From NCBI RefSeq assembly GCF_023055435.1, contig NW_025963891.1:10292001-10356000 (forward strand): DNA of 64,000 nucleotides, given 5' to 3'. This document shows, in pieces, positions 57,990 through 64,000 of this stretch (the stretch's first letter is position 1; every line of letters starts with the position of its first letter). The position numbers and the translations under genes were made by a program. Under the pieces are notes generated by a model. That model was not told the origin of the DNA. It did no database searches and saw nothing but the letters and a program-made list of their open reading frames with translations. This DNA is from Haliotis rufescens (taxonomy: Eukaryota).

Positions 57990-60340
57990 AGCAAAACAAA
58001 TGGCATGTAGTTTACTGCGCTAGATTGACATATAGTTCACAACACTATAAATGACATACAGTTCAATCACCGCAAATGACATGTAGTTTACTGCGCTAGA
58101 TTGACATATAGTTCACGACACTATAAATGACATATAGTTCAATCACTGCAAACGACATGTAGTCTACCGCGCTAGATTGACATATAGTTCACGACACTAT
58201 ATATGACATATAGTTCAATCACTGCAAACGACATGTAGTTTACTGCGCAAGATTGACATATAGTTTACGACACTATATATGACATATAGTTCAATCACTG
58301 CAAACGACATGTAGTTTACTGCGCTAGATTGACATATAGTTCACGACACTATAAATGACATATAGTTTACGGCGATATAATGACAACACTATAAATGATA
58401 TATAGTTCAATCACTGCAAATGGCATGTAGTGTACTGCGCAAGATTGACATATTGTTGACAACACTATAAATGACATATAGTTCAATCACTGCAAACGAC
58501 ATGTAGTTTACTGCGCTAGATTGACATATAGTTCACGACACTATAAATGACATATAGTTTACGGCGATATAATGACAACACTATAAATGATATATAGTTC
58601 AATCACTGCAAATGGCATGTAGTGTACTGCGCAAGATTGACATATTGTTGACAACACTATAAATGACATATAGTTCAATCACTGCAAACGACATGTAGTC
58701 TACCGCGCTAGATTGACATATAGTTCACGACACTATATATGACATATAGTTCAATCACTGCAAACGACATGTAGTTTACTGCGCAAGATTGACATATAGT
58801 TTACGACACTATATATGACATATAGTTCAATCACTGCAAACGACATGTAGTTTACTGCGCTAGATTGACATATAGTTCACGACACTATAAATGACATATA
58901 GTTTACGGCGATATAATGACAACACTATAAATGATATATAGTTCAATCACTGCAAATGGCATGTAGTGTACTGCGCAAGATTGACATATTGTTGACAACA
59001 CTATAAATGACATATAGTTCAATCACTGCAAACGACATGTAGTTTACTGCGCTAGATTGACATATAGTTCACGACACTATAAATGACATATAGTTTACGG
59101 CGATATAATGACAACACTATAAATGATATATAGTTCAATCACTGCAAATGGCATGTAGTGTACTGCGCAAGATTGACATATTGTTGACAACACTATAAAT
59201 GACATATAGTTCAATCACTGCAAACGACATGTAGTTTACCGCGCTAGATTGACATATAGTTCACGACACTATAAATGACATATAGTTTACGGCGATATAA
59301 TGACAACACTATAAATGACATATAGTTCAATCACTGCAAACGACATGTAGTTTACTGCGCTAGATTGACATATTGTTGACGACACTATAAATGACATATA
59401 GTTCAATCACTGCAAATGACACATAGTTTACTGCACTAGATTGACATATTGTTGACGACACTATAAATGACATATAGTTCAATCACTGCAAATGACATGT
59501 AGTTTACTGCGCAAGATTGAAATAAAGTTTACGACACTATAAATGACATATAGTTCAATCACTGCAAATGACATACAGTTTACTGCGTTATAATGACAAC
59601 ACTATAAATGACATATAGTTCAATCACTGCAAATGACATGTAGTTTACTGCGCTAGATTGACATATAGTTTACGACACTATAAATGACATATAGTTCAAT
59701 CACTGCAAATGACATACAGTTTACTGCGTTATAATGACAACACTATATATGACATAAAGTTCAATCACTGCAAACGACATGTAGTTTACTGCGCAAGATT
59801 GACATATAGTTTACGACACTATAAATGACATATAGTTCAATCACTGCAAACGACATGTAGTCTACCGCGCTAGATTGACATATAGTTTACGACACTATAT
59901 ATGACATATAGTTCAATCACTGCAAACGACATGTAGTTTACTGCGCTAGATTGACATATAGTTCACGACACTATATATGACATATAGTTTACGGCGATAT
60001 AATGACAACACTATAAATGACATATAGTTCAATCACTGCAAACGACATGTAGTTTACTGCGCTAGATTGACATATAGTTCACGACACTATAAATGACATA
60101 TAGTTTACGGCGATATAATGACAACACTATAAATGACATATAGTTCAATCACTGCAAATGACATGTAGTGTACTGCGTTATAATGACAACACTATAAATG
60201 ACATATAGTTCAATCACTGCAAATGACATGTAGTGTACTGCGTTATAATGACAACACTATAAATGACATATAGTTCAATCACTGCAAATGACATGTAGTT
60301 TACTGCGCTATAATGACAACACTTTGAATGACATATAGTT
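57990..60340. repeat. 2.3-kb satellite with a 76-bp unit of three 25/26-bp subunits and higher-order periods
   Basis: gacatgtagtttactgcgctagatt + gacatatagttcacgacactataaat + gacatatagttcaatcactgcaaac. Confidence 0.95.
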
Positions 60341-62030
60341 TCCTTAAGAACTGTCGTGCCCACTCCCCCATGTGTCCACAGACACATAGACGGCGAGGTG
60401 ATAGGTCGAGTGCTTTCAGGGTATATGTACTGTGGCTCTTGTAATCCCCCCAAAATAGAGCCACGCTAAGAACATATAATATGTTTCACATAACATGGTT
60501 CTACATTCCCTACCTGCAACAAAATAAACTGTAAACTTTGAAAAATTCCAAATGGCCGCTGCATCTAATTTTGGTAAAATAAAAAAAATAAAATAAAAAA
60601 CCCCTTTGATATGGCCTTTATATATTGCCCAGTGGTTTCTGTATGCAAACTGTAGCTTCCTCTCTTCCCATCATCATTGGCTGTAAATGCATACTCACAT
60701 CAGCTGTCTCAGACCCCGAGTAAATATGGGGCGGTGATATGTTTATGTGTGCTTACTCAAATATGGTGTGGAAAATATGGATTATTTTTAAGAACCCGAT
60801 GCGAACTCAGCAAATATATACTCGCAGCTAATTTAAAAGTGGTGAATATGTCACGTGAAGGGGGGATGAGGGGAAACCTACAATTATAGCCAACAATTCG
60901 AGACAAGCGATGCCGACATAACAAGAGCTAACTAAAATGAAATTGACGAAAACATGCACATGAAGTGATTTAATACAAACAGCTGTCCGCATGCTATCAA
61001 GTGGTGAATTCGATACCATGGGCCCAGTGGCTCCGACAGTTCTCAGCGTGTTCCCCTGAAACCGTCACTGGAACGTATGTCTATAATTAGACAGGGGAGC
61101 AAAACAACCCTAAAAATGAGGTCACGAACGGAGAGCGCTGGATCAGGTTCATGTGTACAAGCGACATTATTTATTGGGGTGCACGAACCACGTGCATGTA
61201 CAATTGTCAGAGTGCTTGTGAATATATTGGATATGCAACACGAAGCGGCGTGCACACTTTAACGGACCACTGTGAGTATCCACTTGTTTCTACCTCACTG
61301 TTTAATCATGCATACTGGTGTGACAAGTAGAGCTCTTAACGAACGGAAACCTTTCGTTCCATAATCCACATTTCCATAATCCGACTTTTTATGCCAACAT
61401 ATTGTTTCAGTGATTAGGTCGAAATTCATTGTGTGTAGTGAGTGTCGATCTGAAAATGTTGTTTTAACATAATCAAGTAGTGATACGTATTAAGCGAAGC
61501 AGGTGGTTAATTTTTTGTAAACGCCTGGTGAAAGCGAAGCTGTGGGTGTACATACATGTAGCCATTGTGCGAACGAATGGTCATGACAGATTATACAAAG
61601 TACATTTAACTTGACAAACCTTGACAATTCATTTTCAGACCGTGCATTGTGTGTTATGATTATCGTGCTTTGTGTTTCTTTCACACGAGCTTATATAAAA
61701 ACCGCGAGTAAATTACACTTAACAAGCCTTGACGGTTCAGTTTCGGACGGTGATTGTGTGTTACGGTCAACGTTCTTTGTGTTTCTTTCACAGGAGTTTA
61801 TATAAACGCCGCCAGTGACCACGATGACCATTTGACCGCTGCCACACCAGGAGAACTCATTATACATGCGAAATCTCTTGACCACAGCGTTTGAAGACAA
61901 GTGACCTTGAACCCCTTGTGCGGTTTAACACGCTCAACAAGTTCTCATTTGACCCTTGACACTGAAACAAGGACAGTGTCCATTAAAGCATTCCGCGTGT
62001 ATAACTGACTGCCTACAGAAGACATACAAC

Positions 62031-62402
62031 ATGGACATGGAGAGAAAATACAGCTATCAAACTGGCGAGAAAAGTACATTCGGTACCATTGACTATGTGT
62101 TGTTCGGAGGATTATTGATGGTTTCAGCAAGTATCGGTTTGTTTTATGCCATCAAGGACAGGAATAAACATACAACGAAAGACTTCCTCCTTGCTGGCGG
62201 GAACATGCACGTTGTGCCAGTTGCCTTGTCACTGCTAGCCAGCTTCATGTCCGCCATCACCATCCTCGGTACCCCATCCGAGATGTACAAGTACGGCACC
62301 ATGTACTGCTGGATAGGCCTGTCCTACTTCTTTGCCGTCTTTCTGTCAGCTCACATCTACATCCCCATCTTTTACAGAATTGGCATCACAAGTTCCTATG
62401 AG
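62031..62402 (+). CDS. SLC5 sodium:solute symporter (SLC5A5/6/8/12 clade; SMCT/SMVT-like), first coding exon; gene continues beyond the window
   Basis: DYVLFGGLLMVSASIGLFYA...DFLLAGGNM..VPVALSLLASFMSAITILGTPSEMY.YG...ITSSYE then donor GTAAC; upstream acceptor at 61793. Confidence 0.92.
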
Positions 62403-63035
62403 GTAACACGAGACAGGTTTTATGATAGATAATTGAGGTATTTGCGTACCGATATATGCCTACCAGTTATTGGGACGCTATGGTAGTGATAGACTGACGC
62501 ACATGCTTTCGAAATGCGAACTATGTACAAGTACTGGTAGTTGATAAGATGCATGTCTAACGACTATTTTGGTACTTCGCAACCATCTGTTTTATCATAT
62601 ATGCAAAGAAAAAAGTTAAATCAACATAACGCATCTTGGAAAGTTAGCAGTACCTGTATAAAATATCGTCAAAGCAACAATTTTATTATGTATACCAAAT
62701 TCTAAGATGCTTCGCTAAAGATAAAAGGCGATGACACTACTTTATCAAACGCAAGCGTCCTCGTGCTTTAACTATCGAGTTCATGAAAATATACTTTATA
62801 AGACTACACATGGGGTAGAGCAAACCTTATGTTTCAATCAACACATGACTACAACCATATTGATATAAATATTTCACCATTTATTGATCTTAACATTTTA
62901 AAAATTATAAGGACACTTACTTCTAAATATTTAAATGATTAAATATCGGGGAAGGAAAACAAGCGACATACGCAACAGGAGAATGCCAGTTGTTACAAAC
63001 ACCCAATGACATAAGCACGTGACATAAGTTACTTC

Positions 63036-63198
63036 GAGGCGGACGGGTAGCCTAGTGGTTAAAGCGTTCGCTCGACGCGCCGAAGACCCGGGTTCGTTTC
63101 CCGACATGGCTAGAATATTTGAAGCCCCTTTCTGGTGTCCCCTGCCGTGACATTGCTGGAATATTGCAAAAAGCGGCGTAAAACCATACTCACTCATT
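63036..63198 (+). mobile_element. SINE family A
   Basis: TSD agttacttc at 63027-63035 and 63199-63207. Confidence 0.88.
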
Positions 63199-63318
63199 AG
63201 TTACTTCACGACCCCTGTGTTGGTGCCTCATAGCAATAACTCTTCTTCTTATCCCCCAGTGTTGTTAATTATTGCATCACTTTGCCATGTGAATAGTCAA
63301 ACGTTAAATGTGAAACCA

Positions 63319-63585
63319 TCCGTGAAGATCCGGGGAAGAATATGTCTGCAGCAACCCATGCTTGCCATAAAAGGCGACTGTGCTAGTTTGTCGGTGACTA
63401 ACGGGATCGGGTGGTCAGGCCTGCTGACTTGCTTGATGCATGTCATCGTATCCCATTTGCGTAGATCGATGCCCATGATGTCACTCACTGGATTGTCTGG
63501 TTCAGAATCGATTATTTACAGACCGCTGTCATATGGCTAGAAAATTGCTGTGTGCGGTGTTAAACAGCAAACAAACAAACAAATC
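63319..63585 (+). mobile_element. SINE-like family C, full span
   Basis: TSD aaatgtgaaacca at 63306-63318 and 63586-63598. Confidence 0.88.
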
Positions 63586-63776
63586 AAATGTGAAACCACC
63601 AAAATAATGAAATCTCTAGAAATCATTTTGCACGCTGAACCTTCTTTCACGAAACGAAATTAGATGAACGATTAACGCAGGGCTAGGTTGCAACACGGCT
63701 GAAAGTAATCGCAGTGCCCTGGCCGCTCTGTGGAATGAGACCCTGCAGTTACAAACGCCTTATACGAGGATATTTA

Positions 63777-63933
63777 CAGTAAACTACGGTTATAACGAAC
63801 TGAAAGGGACCACTAAATTTAGTCCGTAATAACCGTAGTTCGTTATAAGAACATATACAGCATATATACAGAAAATGGACGGAGCCAAAAAACAGTTCGT
63901 TATAAGCGTGTTCGTTATAAACGTAGTTTACTG
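63777..63933. mobile_element. Tc1/pogo-type MITE (same family as 26764)
   Basis: TIR cagtaaactacg / cgtagtttactg, TA TSD. Confidence 0.85.
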
Positions 63934-64000
63934 TATGTTCAAAGATAATTGCCTGCCGTGCTTAACTTTTCTAATTGGTATAGCTCACTTAGTATTATAT

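Overview
Eukaryotic (metazoan) genomic DNA, not prokaryotic. The repeat families and gene content suggest a mollusc, probably a gastropod such as abalone; this is an inference, not a database result. Three host gene loci, all on the + strand: (1) a tandem cluster of four secreted Yellow/major-royal-jelly-protein (MRJP) family genes with intronless CDSs at 0.6-14.9 kb; (2) a complete 14-exon polycystin-2 (PKD2/TRPP) gene at 34.7-51.6 kb, about 855 aa, with two EF-hands and two possible C-termini; (3) the first coding exon of an SLC5 (SMCT/SMVT/NIS-type) sodium:solute symporter at 62.0-62.4 kb. The rest is repeat-rich: three SINE-like families sharing one 3' tail (one with a non-tRNA, apparently structured 5' head), a MetaSINE fragment, LINE, Tc1/mariner and DIRS remnants, several MITEs, a Helentron-type (HINE) element, an inverted pair of degenerate Penelope-type hammerhead ribozyme motifs, several minisatellites (one with higher-order structure) and three assembly gaps. 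All coordinates were read by eye; repeat boundaries without a stated target-site duplication (TSD) are approximate.
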